The translations under genes and the position numbers were made by a program. A stretch of DNA of 40,512 nucleotides from an uncultured Desulfobacterales bacterium (lineage in GTDB: Bacteria > Desulfobacterota > Desulfobacteria > Desulfobacterales > Desulfosudaceae), in contig CAYTQK010000001.1 of assembly GCA_964439745.1 (NCBI GenBank), positions 1-40,512 on the forward strand, in the 5' to 3' direction. Numbering within the stretch: position 1 is the first letter of the stretch; each line of letters starts with the position of its first letter. Shown here piece by piece: positions 27,239 to 37,137 of the stretch. The notes under the pieces were generated by a model. That model did no database searches. It was not told the DNA's origin and was given only the letters and a program-made list of their open reading frames with translations.

Positions 27239-28741
27239 ATGTTATCACGATCAGAAGCCAAGGCCCTGCTTGCACGAGCGCCCGCCTTTGATGACACCTT
27301 CTGCAGCCTCAATGCCGCCGCCAGAATGCCGGCCGGCATGGTGCGGGAAACCCGCCAGGTGGTCGCCCTGGCCCGCAAGTTCAATGACGAGGTGGTTCGC
27401 CCCTACACCCGGGAACTGGATCTGAAAATGCACCAGGACCCGGATTTTCTTCCCTACGAGTTCATCTCCAAGGCCAATGAATGGGGTTTTTACACCATGT
27501 GGATTCCCCGCGCCTTCGGCGGCAAGGGATACAACATGCCCAGCCTGTCGGTTTTCGTGGAAGAGATCGGTTCGGCCTGCCTGGCCATGGCCAACCTCAT
27601 CGGGGTGCACTACCTGGGCGTGGCCACGCTTTGCGCGCCCTGGAATGCCCGCCTCATCAGCCGCATCAGCCGCGAGGTGGCCGCAGGGGAAGCCGCCGGC
27701 AAACCCTGCCTCATTTCCCTGGCCATCACCGAACCGGGTGCCGGCACCGACGTGGAGGAGGTGGACCTGGTCGACCGGGCCAATGTCACCTGCCGCGCCG
27801 AGAAGGTGGCGGGCGGTTACCGGGTCAACGGCACCAAGATATTCATCTCCAACGGCCATGTCTCCACCTGGCACATGCTGATCGCCTATGCCGATCTGGA
27901 CAAGCCTTCGGAAAATACCGTCATGATGGCGGTCAAGACCGGCACCCCGGGATTCTCCTTCGGCCGCATGGAGCACAAGCTGGGGCAGAAGGGCTGCCCG
28001 GCCAGCGAACTGATCTTCAAGGACTGCTTTGTTCCCGACGACCTGGTCTGCCTGGACTGGCACAGCTCCGCCCTGCCCCGGCGCCCTCGTCCGGCCGCCA
28101 CCCAGCAGGTCATTGACTACGTGGTTTCGGCTACCCGGGCCGGGGTGGGCGGTTTTGCCACCGGCGCGGCCCGCGGCGCCTTTGAGGAGGCCCTGGCCTT
28201 TGCCGCCGAGACCGAGGTCAACGGCAAGCGCCTGATCAATCACGAGTGGGCCCAGTGCCTGCTGGCCGAAATGTATAAAAACGTGGTGATCAGCCGGCTG
28301 ACCTACATGGAAGCCAACTACGCCAACGGCCTGTATGGCTTCTACCGGTTGCTGCAGCAGCGGCTGCTGTTCTACTATTTCAAATACGTGCCGGGCTTGC
28401 TGCTTGATAAACTCATTACACCCTTTCTGGAAAAGCCCCTGGCCACCCGCATTTTCCGGCGGCTGATGTCGGACGGGCAGACCGACGAGATGATGGAACG
28501 CTGCTCCGGCCTGGCGTCGCTGTCCAAGTTCGCCGCCTCGGACGCCGGCATCCGCAACTGCCACCTGGCCCTGGACTTGATGGGCCAAGCCGGACTGCGC
28601 CATGACCGACGGGCCGAAAAATTTCTGCGGGATGCCAAGCTGCTTCAGATCTACGAAGGCACCAATCAGCTCAACCGGCTGAACCTGTTCAAGTGCCTCA
28701 TCGGACGGAACATACCGCACGTAACCGTGTTTGACGAATAA
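27239..28741 (+). CDS. Acyl-CoA dehydrogenase (catalytic subunit, long form)
   Basis: ACAD fold with SLAITEPGAGTDV. The catalytic-base motif LLQIYEGTNQ is present, with the Glu codon at 28655..28657. ATG 27239 follows GGGAG. Confidence 0.85.
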   Translation: MLSRSEAKALLARAPAFDDTFCSLNAAARMPAGMVRETRQVVALARKFNDEVVRPYTRELDLKMHQDPDFLPYEFISKANEWGFYTMWIPRAFGGKGYNMPSLSVFVEEIGSACLAMANLIGVHYLGVATLCAPWNARLISRISREVAAGEAAGKPCLISLAITEPGAGTDVEEVDLVDRANVTCRAEKVAGGYRVNGTKIFISNGHVSTWHMLIAYADLDKPSENTVMMAVKTGTPGFSFGRMEHKLGQKGCPASELIFKDCFVPDDLVCLDWHSSALPRRPRPAATQQVIDYVVSATRAGVGGFATGAARGAFEEALAFAAETEVNGKRLINHEWAQCLLAEMYKNVVISRLTYMEANYANGLYGFYRLLQQRLLFYYFKYVPGLLLDKLITPFLEKPLATRIFRRLMSDGQTDEMMERCSGLASLSKFAASDAGIRNCHLALDLMGQAGLRHDRRAEKFLRDAKLLQIYEGTNQLNRLNLFKCLIGRNIPHVTVFDE

Positions 28742-28774
28742 CCTCCACATATGCACCATGACCAGGGAGACGCC

Positions 28775-29893
28775 ATGATTGCCGTCACAGACAAGGGCTT
28801 ACAGCTTCTGGCCAGAAGCGCCGCCGAATTTGCCAAAAAAGAACTGGCCCCGGACCGGGAAGAGAACGATAAATTCCCCTTTGGTCCCTTTTTCCGCCAT
28901 GTCCTGGACAAGGCCTATCACGCTGATTTTTTCCACACCACCCTGCCGGAATCGCTGGACGGGGTCGGACAGGGGGCAAGCGCCCTGTGCCTGCTGCTGG
29001 AGCGGCTCAGCCGGGAGGACGCCAGCCTGGCCGGCATCATCTTCGCCCATACCGCTGCCCAGGAAATCATGCTGGCGGCCGGTGCCGGGAAAACACTGGG
29101 AGCCGTTGTCCAGGCGGCTGCGGACGCACCGGCCGGCCTGATCGGCATACCCGTTTTCAGTAATCCCGCCGATTCTCCGCCGACGGTGCGGGCCGGTAAA
29201 AAGCAGGAGGGATATTTTCTGGCCGGCTCCCTGGAATACGTGGTGCTGGGCGGCCTGGCCGGGCACATCCTTGTCCCGGCCGTTCTTTCCGGGCAGACGG
29301 ACATTTCCTGGTTTCTGCTGGAAAATGGTCAGCCTGGCCTGACCGTTAGCGAGCCGGTCCACAGCCTGGGCCTGCATGCCTGTCCCGCCGTGGATATTCA
29401 ACTGCAGGGCGCCGCCGGCCGGATCATCGGCGATGAAAACCGGGGCCAGGAATATTACGACACCATGGCGGACAAGATGTCCGTGGCCGCCGCGGCCATG
29501 TCCACCGGCATCATGCAGGGCTCCCTCGCAGAAGCCCTGGACTACGGCCGAAGACGCTTTCAAGGCGGCCGGGCAATCATCAACTGGTCGGAAATCCAGA
29601 TGATCCTGGCCAAGATGGCGGTCATGACCAAAAATGCCGAGATGACGCTAGCCCGGGCCTGCCAGGCCGTGGACAACCGGGAAAAGGGCTGGGCCGAGTG
29701 CAGCCGGGCGGCCGCCCTCCAGATCCAGTCCATGGCGTCGGAACTGACCACCGACGGCATCCAGGTGCTCGGCGGGGTCGGCTACATGAAAGACTTCGGC
29801 CAGGAAAAACGCTTCCGCGACGCCCGGCACATCCAGTCCCTGCTGGGCATGGTGCCCATGAAAAAGCTCCGCTGCCTGGCCCCCCTGATATGA
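28775..29893 (+). CDS. Acyl-CoA dehydrogenase-like protein lacking the catalytic Glu (probable non-catalytic partner subunit)
   Basis: ACAD-like throughout. At the position of IYEGT it reads HIQSLLGMVP (29831..29857). It starts 34 nt after the preceding ACAD's stop, and ATG 28775 follows GGGAGA. Confidence 0.75.
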   Translation: MIAVTDKGLQLLARSAAEFAKKELAPDREENDKFPFGPFFRHVLDKAYHADFFHTTLPESLDGVGQGASALCLLLERLSREDASLAGIIFAHTAAQEIMLAAGAGKTLGAVVQAAADAPAGLIGIPVFSNPADSPPTVRAGKKQEGYFLAGSLEYVVLGGLAGHILVPAVLSGQTDISWFLLENGQPGLTVSEPVHSLGLHACPAVDIQLQGAAGRIIGDENRGQEYYDTMADKMSVAAAAMSTGIMQGSLAEALDYGRRRFQGGRAIINWSEIQMILAKMAVMTKNAEMTLARACQAVDNREKGWAECSRAAALQIQSMASELTTDGIQVLGGVGYMKDFGQEKRFRDARHIQSLLGMVPMKKLRCLAPLI

Positions 29894-30015
29894 GCACGGC
29901 CCTTGGCCGCCGTACTTCTGGAAACGGCGGCGCCGACCTCCTTTATCCGCCCGGCCGGCGGGAAGGATAATTGTTTTTCCGCCAGCCGAAAACACCTCCC
30001 CGGTTCACCGCGCGA

Positions 30016-30044
30016 TTGCAAAACCGCCTGTTTTGATTTATGTT
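30016..30044 (+). promoter_or_regulatory. sigma70-type promoter candidate, TTGCAA-17 nt-TATGTT
   Basis: Hexamers at 30016..30021 and 30039..30044, about 55 nt upstream of ATG 30099. Confidence 0.3.
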
Positions 30045-30098
30045 GAAAAGAGCCCGTTTCATGCGGAGCAAATCCCAACCTTCAAAACAGGAACAAGC

Positions 30099-33000
30099 AT
30101 GAGAACAATCATCGTTGTCCTGATTCTGTCGGCCGCAGCGGTTACCGCCGCGGCCGCTCCCCTGGCCAGTCCGGACGTACCCGCCCCCCTGCAGCCCTGG
30201 ATTGACTGGGTCTTGTACGGAGAAACAACCACCGACTGTCCACTGGTTTACAATGATGTCTCCCGGACATTATGTCTCTGGCCGTCTCCGCTGACACTCT
30301 CCTGCGGGGAGGATGACGCCGAATTCTCACAGACCTGGACCAGCTATGTGCCGGACACCTGGATTGAAATTCCGGGCAGCAGCCGTCTCTGGCCCCAGGA
30401 GGTCACCGTCAACGGCCAGGCAGTGGCGGTCGGCCGTCAGCAGGACCGGCCGGCCGTGCGCCTCTCCGAACCCGGAACGTACCGGGTGCAGGGCCGCTTT
30501 ATTTATGACCAGCGGCCGGAGTGGATGCAGGTGCCGGCACAGACCGGCCTGGTGCACCTGGCCATTGATGGCAAGCCGGTCGCCTTTCCCCGCCTGGAAG
30601 AAAACGGCCGTCTCTGGCTGCGCCGGCTGTCAGCAGCTTCTCCGGCGGATACGCCCGAAGACCGTCTGCAGGTCCGGGTCCAGCGCCTGGTGGAAGATGA
30701 CATCCCCCTGCGGCTGGTTACCCGGTTGGAGATCACCGTTTCCGGAAAAACCCGACAAGTCCGCCTGGGGCAGGCCGCCACCGACGCCTTTATCCCCATG
30801 GAACTGTCCAGTCCGCTGCCGGTCCGGATTGATAAAAACGGTATGCTGCAGGTCCAGGTCCGACCCGGGCAATGGACCATCGAAATCACCACCCGCCACG
30901 TCGGTCCGGCCGCGGAACTGTCCCCGGAAACGGCCGGACGCTTTCATGACAAAAATGAAATCTGGGCGTTTGCGGCCGACCGCCAGCTCCGCCTGGTTAC
31001 CGTGACCGGTCCGCCCCAGATCGATGTCCGCCAGACCCGACTGCCGGACAAGTGGAAACAATTTCCCGCCTATCTCATGAAGCCGGAAGCGGTCATGCGC
31101 CTGGTGATAAAAAAACGCGGGGATCCGGATCCGGCCCCGGACCAGCTCCACCTGGACCGCACCTTCTGGCTGGATTTTGACGGAAAGGGCTATTCGGTGC
31201 GGGACCGTATCACCGGTTCCATGACGACCGGCTGGCGCCTGGCGGCCGCCCCGCCGTTGCAGCCCGGCCGGGTTACCGTCGACGGCCGGGAACGCTTTAT
31301 CACCCGGCTGAAAGATTCCGGGGAAATCGGCGTGGAAATGCGGTATGGCCGGGTGGACCTGTTAGCGGAAAGCCGCCTGCCGGCCGGGGATGCCCTCCCG
31401 GCGGCCGGCTGGGACCGCAATTTTCAGTCGGTGCAGGGAACCCTGAACCTGCCGCCGGGATGGTCCCTGCTGACCGCTTCCGGCCTTGACGATATCCAGC
31501 AGACCTGGCTGAAACAATGGTCCCTGCTGGACCTGTTTTTCGTGCTGATTGTCGCCGTGGCCATGGCCCGGCTTTATGGCTGGTACTGGGGCATTATCGC
31601 CCTGGCCGCCATGATCCTGATCATTCATGAACCCGGCGCCCCGGTCTGGCTGTGGCTGCATCTGCTGGCCGCCGTCGCCCTGCTGCGGGTGGTACCGGCG
31701 GGGAAAATCCGGACGCTGATCAGCGCCTACCGCCTGGGCTGCCTGATCCTGCTGATCGCCGTCAGCCTGCCCTTCCTGGTCACCCAGGTACGGAACGGCT
31801 TTTACCCCCAGCTGGAACGCTCCTGGCAGACCATGGGCGGCGTCGGCCCGGCAAAGCAGGCCGCCGCCGTTCAGCGGTTCGACGCTGCCGCGCCCCGTGC
31901 ACTCCAGGCCGAATCAAGGCCGGACCGCGAATTGCTGCCGACACCCGCCCCCAAAACCGCGGGTACGGTGGATTCCTCCTACCGGCAGGAACCGGCCCTG
32001 CACCAGTTCGACGTCAAGGCCAAGATTCAGACCGGGCCGGGGATACCCAGCTGGCAGTGGCAACAGGTAGATTTTTCCTGGAACGGGCCGGTGGCGGCGA
32101 CCGAACAGATCTCTTTTTGCTATCTTTCCCCGCGGATCAACCTGGTTCTGGCCCTGATCCAGGTGGTGCTTCTGGCGCTGTTGATCTACGGATTTTCCGG
32201 TGTCCGGTATACCCGCGGCAGCGGACTGAAATTTCCCTCATACGCGGGCACTACGACTTTTCTTTTGCTGATTATGCTGGTAAATGCAGATTTTGCAAAG
32301 GCCCAGTCCGAATTCCCACCCGAATCATTTCTCCGGGAGTTAAAATCCCGGCTGACCGCCGTGGAGAAACCCGACTGTGCACCTTACTGCGCCACCAGCC
32401 CCCGGATGCGTGCCGAGATCAACGAGAAAACCTTGACCCTCCTTATGGAAGTTCACAGCCTGGCCGACCAGGTGGCTATTCCCCTGCCCGCCTCGCCGGA
32501 GCAGTGGCTTCCGCAGCAGGTCCGCCTGGACGACCGGCCCGTCTCCGCTCTCTACCGGGATCCGCAGGACAACCTGGTGTGGCTGACGGTTCCCCGGGGG
32601 GTTCATCGCATCCACCTGAGCGGCATCCTGCCGGAACGCCGGTCGGTGCAGATTCCCCTGCCGCTGAAACCCCGCCATGTCTCCATTTCGGCCAGGGACT
32701 GGCGTGTGGACGGCCTGCACGACAACGGGCGCGCGGATGACCAGCTGCAGTTCGACCGCATCCGGCAGCCGGGAGGAAAAAGCGAGGTCCCCTCTCGCTT
32801 GGAACCGGGCGCACTGCCCGCCTTTTTTGAAATCCGCCGGGTGTTTCACCTGGGCCTGTCCTGGCAGGTCGAAACCACCGTGCAGCGCCTGACACCGCCG
32901 GGTACGGCGGCGGTGCTGGCTTTTCCGCTGCTGGAAGGAGAATCGGTGACCACCGATATCCCGGTGACGGACGGCCGGGTTCGGCTCAATCTGGGACCGC

Positions 33001-34226
33001 AGGACAAACAGTTCACCTGGGCTTCTTCCCTGGATCCGGCCGGGCAATTGTCCCTGCAGGCCGCCAACACCCTGAGCTGGCGCGAAGTCTGGCAGGTCGA
33101 TATCGGTCCGATCTGGCACGCCGAGTTCACGGGAATCCCTGTTATTCAGCACCAGGACTCCCGGGGAAAATGGCTCCCGGAATGGCGGCCCTGGCCCGGT
33201 GAAACCGTTACAATTCGTATTTCCCGGCCCCAAGGCGTGGCCGGGCAGACCTTTACCATTGAAAACAGCCTCCTGACCGTCAAGCCCGGTCAGCGCATGA
33301 CGCATGCCGATCTGGCCCTGACCGTCATCAGCAGCCGCGGCACCCAGCACCGCCTCGACCTGCCGGAACAGTCCGAACTCCAGGCGGTGGTGATTGACGG
33401 CAAAACCCAGCCCATCCGGCAGGAAGAGGGAACGGTTACCCTGCCCCTGACCCCCGGAAAGCAGCAGATCCAGCTGAGCTGGCGGCAACAGGCCTCCATG
33501 GACTGGTACTGGCAGTCTCCGCCGGTTGATCTACAGATCCCCAGCGTGGATGCCTTTACCACGGTACAGATGCCCCGCGACCGCTGGATCTTTTATTGCG
33601 GCGGTCCCCACGTTGGTCCGGCCGTCCTTTTCTGGAGCCTGGTCCTGGTCATTGCCCTGCTGTCGTTCGGCCTGGGCCGCATTTCCATCACCCCCCTGCG
33701 GTTCCATCACTGGTTTCTGCTGGGGCTGGGTCTGACCCAGGCCTCCCTGCTGACCGCCCTGCCGGTGGCCGCCTGGTTCCTGGCCCTGGGCTACCGGCGG
33801 CACATTAATATTACGGACAAGGTCTCCGGACTGACCTTCAATATTATCCAGATTTTTCTGGTTGCCCTTACTGCGGCGGCCGCTGCCGCGCTCTTTTACG
33901 GCGTCAAGCACGGCCTGTTGGGATATCCGGACATGCAGATTGCCGGCAACGGCTCCAGCGCCGCCCTGCTGCGATGGTACCAGGATATCGCCGGTCCGGT
34001 TCTCCCGCGGGCCCTGATCGTTTCTTTGCCGCTGTATGTCTACCGGATTCTCATCCTGATCTGGGCCTTGTGGATCGCTTTTGCCTGCATCCGGTGGCTG
34101 CGCTGGGGATGGGAGAGCTGGAGCACCGGCGGCAGGTGGCTGCCGATGCGGCTTCCCCGGATCCGGCCGACCGGCCCAAAAAATAAAGCAAGCCAAACCG
34201 GCGGGGATTTACCCGGCGGGGGATGA
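30099..34226 (+). CDS. Large (1375 aa) uncharacterized envelope protein: signal peptide, two paralogous periplasmic modules, each followed by a transmembrane cluster
   Basis: MRTIIVVLILSAAAVTAAAAPLA looks like a signal peptide. Hydrophobic clusters lie at about nt 31510..31790, 32135..32300 and 33590..34090. I recognise no family. I prefer ATG 30099 over the track start at 30033. Confidence 0.7.
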   Translation: MRTIIVVLILSAAAVTAAAAPLASPDVPAPLQPWIDWVLYGETTTDCPLVYNDVSRTLCLWPSPLTLSCGEDDAEFSQTWTSYVPDTWIEIPGSSRLWPQEVTVNGQAVAVGRQQDRPAVRLSEPGTYRVQGRFIYDQRPEWMQVPAQTGLVHLAIDGKPVAFPRLEENGRLWLRRLSAASPADTPEDRLQVRVQRLVEDDIPLRLVTRLEITVSGKTRQVRLGQAATDAFIPMELSSPLPVRIDKNGMLQVQVRPGQWTIEITTRHVGPAAELSPETAGRFHDKNEIWAFAADRQLRLVTVTGPPQIDVRQTRLPDKWKQFPAYLMKPEAVMRLVIKKRGDPDPAPDQLHLDRTFWLDFDGKGYSVRDRITGSMTTGWRLAAAPPLQPGRVTVDGRERFITRLKDSGEIGVEMRYGRVDLLAESRLPAGDALPAAGWDRNFQSVQGTLNLPPGWSLLTASGLDDIQQTWLKQWSLLDLFFVLIVAVAMARLYGWYWGIIALAAMILIIHEPGAPVWLWLHLLAAVALLRVVPAGKIRTLISAYRLGCLILLIAVSLPFLVTQVRNGFYPQLERSWQTMGGVGPAKQAAAVQRFDAAAPRALQAESRPDRELLPTPAPKTAGTVDSSYRQEPALHQFDVKAKIQTGPGIPSWQWQQVDFSWNGPVAATEQISFCYLSPRINLVLALIQVVLLALLIYGFSGVRYTRGSGLKFPSYAGTTTFLLLIMLVNADFAKAQSEFPPESFLRELKSRLTAVEKPDCAPYCATSPRMRAEINEKTLTLLMEVHSLADQVAIPLPASPEQWLPQQVRLDDRPVSALYRDPQDNLVWLTVPRGVHRIHLSGILPERRSVQIPLPLKPRHVSISARDWRVDGLHDNGRADDQLQFDRIRQPGGKSEVPSRLEPGALPAFFEIRRVFHLGLSWQVETTVQRLTPPGTAAVLAFPLLEGESVTTDIPVTDGRVRLNLGPQDKQFTWASSLDPAGQLSLQAANTLSWREVWQVDIGPIWHAEFTGIPVIQHQDSRGKWLPEWRPWPGETVTIRISRPQGVAGQTFTIENSLLTVKPGQRMTHADLALTVISSRGTQHRLDLPEQSELQAVVIDGKTQPIRQEEGTVTLPLTPGKQQIQLSWRQQASMDWYWQSPPVDLQIPSVDAFTTVQMPRDRWIFYCGGPHVGPAVLFWSLVLVIALLSFGLGRISITPLRFHHWFLLGLGLTQASLLTALPVAAWFLALGYRRHINITDKVSGLTFNIIQIFLVALTAAAAAALFYGVKHGLLGYPDMQIAGNGSSAALLRWYQDIAGPVLPRALIVSLPLYVYRILILIWALWIAFACIRWLRWGWESWSTGGRWLPMRLPRIRPTGPKNKASQTGGDLPGGG

Positions 34227-34289
34227 TCTGTTATAGTAGGCTGGTACCAACAAAATTCCGGCGATAGCCGCCACAAAAACGAGAAGTTT

Positions 34290-36989
34290 ATGCTTTCCCC
34301 ATACCGGATAAACAGCCATAATGATCGACGCAACCGGCCCGGCCACTTTCGGACACTGCCCCGGCCTACCCTGTTCCTCTGCCTGATCCTGGTAATGGTC
34401 ATCGTGCTGCCCATTGCCCGCGCGGCCGCAGAACAGCCGGACCCGCCCCAGCCGCTGGAACCGAATTATTCGCTGCTGGAGAGATCGCTGGACAAGGTTA
34501 GTGCCGCCGAAGAAAAACGGCTGGCCGACCTGGCCGCGCACCAGGAAAGGCTGCACCGGTCCCGCTCCTCGTTCCAGGAGTGGCTGAACGCCTATAAGCT
34601 GCAGCTATCGGCCTTTCGCAATTTCATGGCCCTGTCCGAATATGACGAATACGAGATGCGCCAATCCGGCCAGAAGCTGCAGGCTGCCCTGAACCATCTT
34701 CAGGGCCGGAAGAGCGGATACAGCGAAGCCATGGCCGAACTGGAAAAGCAGCAGCGTTCGGTGAAAAAACGGCTGGCTTTATATCAACAGGAAAAGACGG
34801 CCCTGCGGTCTCAGCCGGACCGAAAAGTGACCATCCGCGTCCTTTTGCAGAAAAAAGTGAACGCCGTCCTGGATCTGCTGGCCCTTCAGGATGAGAAGAT
34901 TGACAAAATTCTGGAAATTTACAGGCAGCGACAGACAGACCTCGAAACCCTGTACCAGTCATACCAGGCGGTTGACAGCCAGTTTGCAGAACAGGCCGAC
35001 CGCCAGACCCGGCGCTGGTTCCGGGAAAAAACGTCCAGTCCGCTGCATCGTTTTGACAGCCAGCAAATGCGCACAGAGGCCCTCCGGCTGGCCGAGGAAA
35101 TACATTTACTTCGCGACGCCTTCACCCTGCAGGCCCATGCCGTTCCGGACCAGCAGCAGTATAGCAGGTTCGTATTGACCTTTGTGCTGCTTCTCGCAGC
35201 GCTGATGGCCGGTCTGCTCCTGCTCCATCGGTCGCTGCGGCGGCGGCGCGATGCGGCCTGGGAAACCGGATATTTCTGGCAGTATCTCATCTTTCGGATG
35301 CTGCGCCGCGCGCTGCTGATGCTGGGCGCAATCCTGTTTATCTATTTTTACCCGGTTCCGGCGGAATACCGTATCACCCCCTTTTTTATCCTGATGAACC
35401 TGATCGCCGGCATGCTGCTGGTGATGCTGCCGATCCGCTGGGGCATTAATTATATCCGGGTCATGTCCCTGAAGGCCGAATCCTTCTTGTTTTTCTTTCC
35501 CACCGGCCTGTTACGGATACTGCTCTATGGCCTGCTTTTTTTCGGCACCATATACGCGGTCCTGGTCTGGGGACTCGGCGACAGCGCCCTGCTGGCCGGT
35601 CTCTGGCGGCTGGCCACGGAAGCGGCCGTATTGCTGTGGAGCATCGTCTTCTGGAACCGCTTTTTTCGCCAGCCCGACCAGGCAGCGCCCGCCTGGTGGA
35701 AGGCCATCAAGCCGGTGCTGCCGGTGGCGGGATATGGCTTTATCCTTTTCGGATTCTTCTGCGAACTGCTGGGATACGGCGGCCTGGCCTTTTTCTGGTT
35801 TCGCTCCTGGATTCTGACCCTGGCCGTGCTGATGTGGGCCGGCATCCTCTTCATGCTGTTAAAAGAGATCGACGCCTCCATCATCACCCCCCTGTCGGAA
35901 GAAACCATTGAGGCGGAAAGCGAGGCAGGGGAGGAGGAAGAGGATGAAGAAACATCCACCCCCGTTAAATGGCTGATCATCCGCCTGTGCAAAATTATCC
36001 TGCTGATTGTCACCATCCTGGCGGTGCCGGCCGCCTGGGGCGGCCGCAAAACCATGCTGATGGAGATGCTGATTGCGGTCAATTACCAGCTGACGCTCGG
36101 CAAATTCCAGATCAGCCTGCTGGATGTCATAGCCGCGCTGTTGTTCCTCCTGGTACTTCATACCCTGGTGACGCTGCTGAAACGGATTCTGAAAGAGAAT
36201 ATCCTGGCCCGGCGGCACGTGGAACCGGGCCTGCAGGAATCCATCGTGACCATTACCGGCTACCTGCTCTGGATCATCGGCCTGTTCATTGTCCTGCGCA
36301 TCGTCGGGATCAGCGCCGCTTCCCTGACGGTGCTTTTCGGGGCCATCGGTATCGGACTGGGCTTCGGCCTGCAAAATATTTTCAACAATTTTGTCAGCGG
36401 CATCATCCTGCTCTTTGAGCGGCCCATCAAGGTCGGAGATGTCATTGAAATCAACGGCATCTGGGGCACGGTGCGAAAAATCAACGTGCGCTCCACCCAG
36501 GTGCGCACCTACGACAATGCCGAGCTGATTATTCCCAACTCCGATTTTATCAGCCAGCAGTTGACCAACTGGAGTTTCAGAGACGCCCGGGTCCGGCGCC
36601 AGATCGTGGTCGGAGTGGCCTACGGTTCCGACACCCAGCTGGTCAAAGAAACCCTCTTCAATATCGCCTACAATCATCCCCAGGTTTACAAGCGCCCCCA
36701 TCCGGAAGTCCTATTCGAGGATTTCGGGGACAGCGCCCTGATATTCAAGCTGCGTCTCTGGGCCAGCATCCAATATTTTTTAAGAGTGGAAACCGACATC
36801 CGCTTTGAAATCGACCGGCAGTTTCGAAAACTGGGCATCACCATCCCCTTTCCCCAGCGGGATGTATATATCAAGGAAGCCGGCACCGGGGGTGCCCGGC
36901 CTCTTTCCCCGGGAGATGATAGCGACAGCCGCCCGGACTCCGGGGATGGACCGGAGCTGTCGCAGGATAGCGACGCAGACGGCGAATAA
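34290..36989 (+). CDS. MscK/KefA-like mechanosensitive channel (MscS family with long N-terminal periplasmic coiled-coil domain)
   Basis: The MscS core is LFGAIGIGLGFGLQNIFNNFVSGIILLFERPIKVGDVIEINGIWGTVRKINVRSTQVRTYDN. There is an N-terminal signal/TM segment, a Q/E/K/L-rich ~250-aa region, and multiple TM helices before the core. Confidence 0.9.
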   Translation: MLSPYRINSHNDRRNRPGHFRTLPRPTLFLCLILVMVIVLPIARAAAEQPDPPQPLEPNYSLLERSLDKVSAAEEKRLADLAAHQERLHRSRSSFQEWLNAYKLQLSAFRNFMALSEYDEYEMRQSGQKLQAALNHLQGRKSGYSEAMAELEKQQRSVKKRLALYQQEKTALRSQPDRKVTIRVLLQKKVNAVLDLLALQDEKIDKILEIYRQRQTDLETLYQSYQAVDSQFAEQADRQTRRWFREKTSSPLHRFDSQQMRTEALRLAEEIHLLRDAFTLQAHAVPDQQQYSRFVLTFVLLLAALMAGLLLLHRSLRRRRDAAWETGYFWQYLIFRMLRRALLMLGAILFIYFYPVPAEYRITPFFILMNLIAGMLLVMLPIRWGINYIRVMSLKAESFLFFFPTGLLRILLYGLLFFGTIYAVLVWGLGDSALLAGLWRLATEAAVLLWSIVFWNRFFRQPDQAAPAWWKAIKPVLPVAGYGFILFGFFCELLGYGGLAFFWFRSWILTLAVLMWAGILFMLLKEIDASIITPLSEETIEAESEAGEEEEDEETSTPVKWLIIRLCKIILLIVTILAVPAAWGGRKTMLMEMLIAVNYQLTLGKFQISLLDVIAALLFLLVLHTLVTLLKRILKENILARRHVEPGLQESIVTITGYLLWIIGLFIVLRIVGISAASLTVLFGAIGIGLGFGLQNIFNNFVSGIILLFERPIKVGDVIEINGIWGTVRKINVRSTQVRTYDNAELIIPNSDFISQQLTNWSFRDARVRRQIVVGVAYGSDTQLVKETLFNIAYNHPQVYKRPHPEVLFEDFGDSALIFKLRLWASIQYFLRVETDIRFEIDRQFRKLGITIPFPQRDVYIKEAGTGGARPLSPGDDSDSRPDSGDGPELSQDSDADGE

Positions 36990-37137
36990 AAAAAGCGTTG
37001 CCGGAAAAACCCGCGCCCTGGATTGCGAACGATGGACCGAGCCCCGCGGCCTGTATTGTTTCAGCGAAAAACAAGGCCAAAGCGATCAAACACACCTAAT
37101 CAAAGGTACGTTTACCTTGTAACCGGCAGGTGATCAC

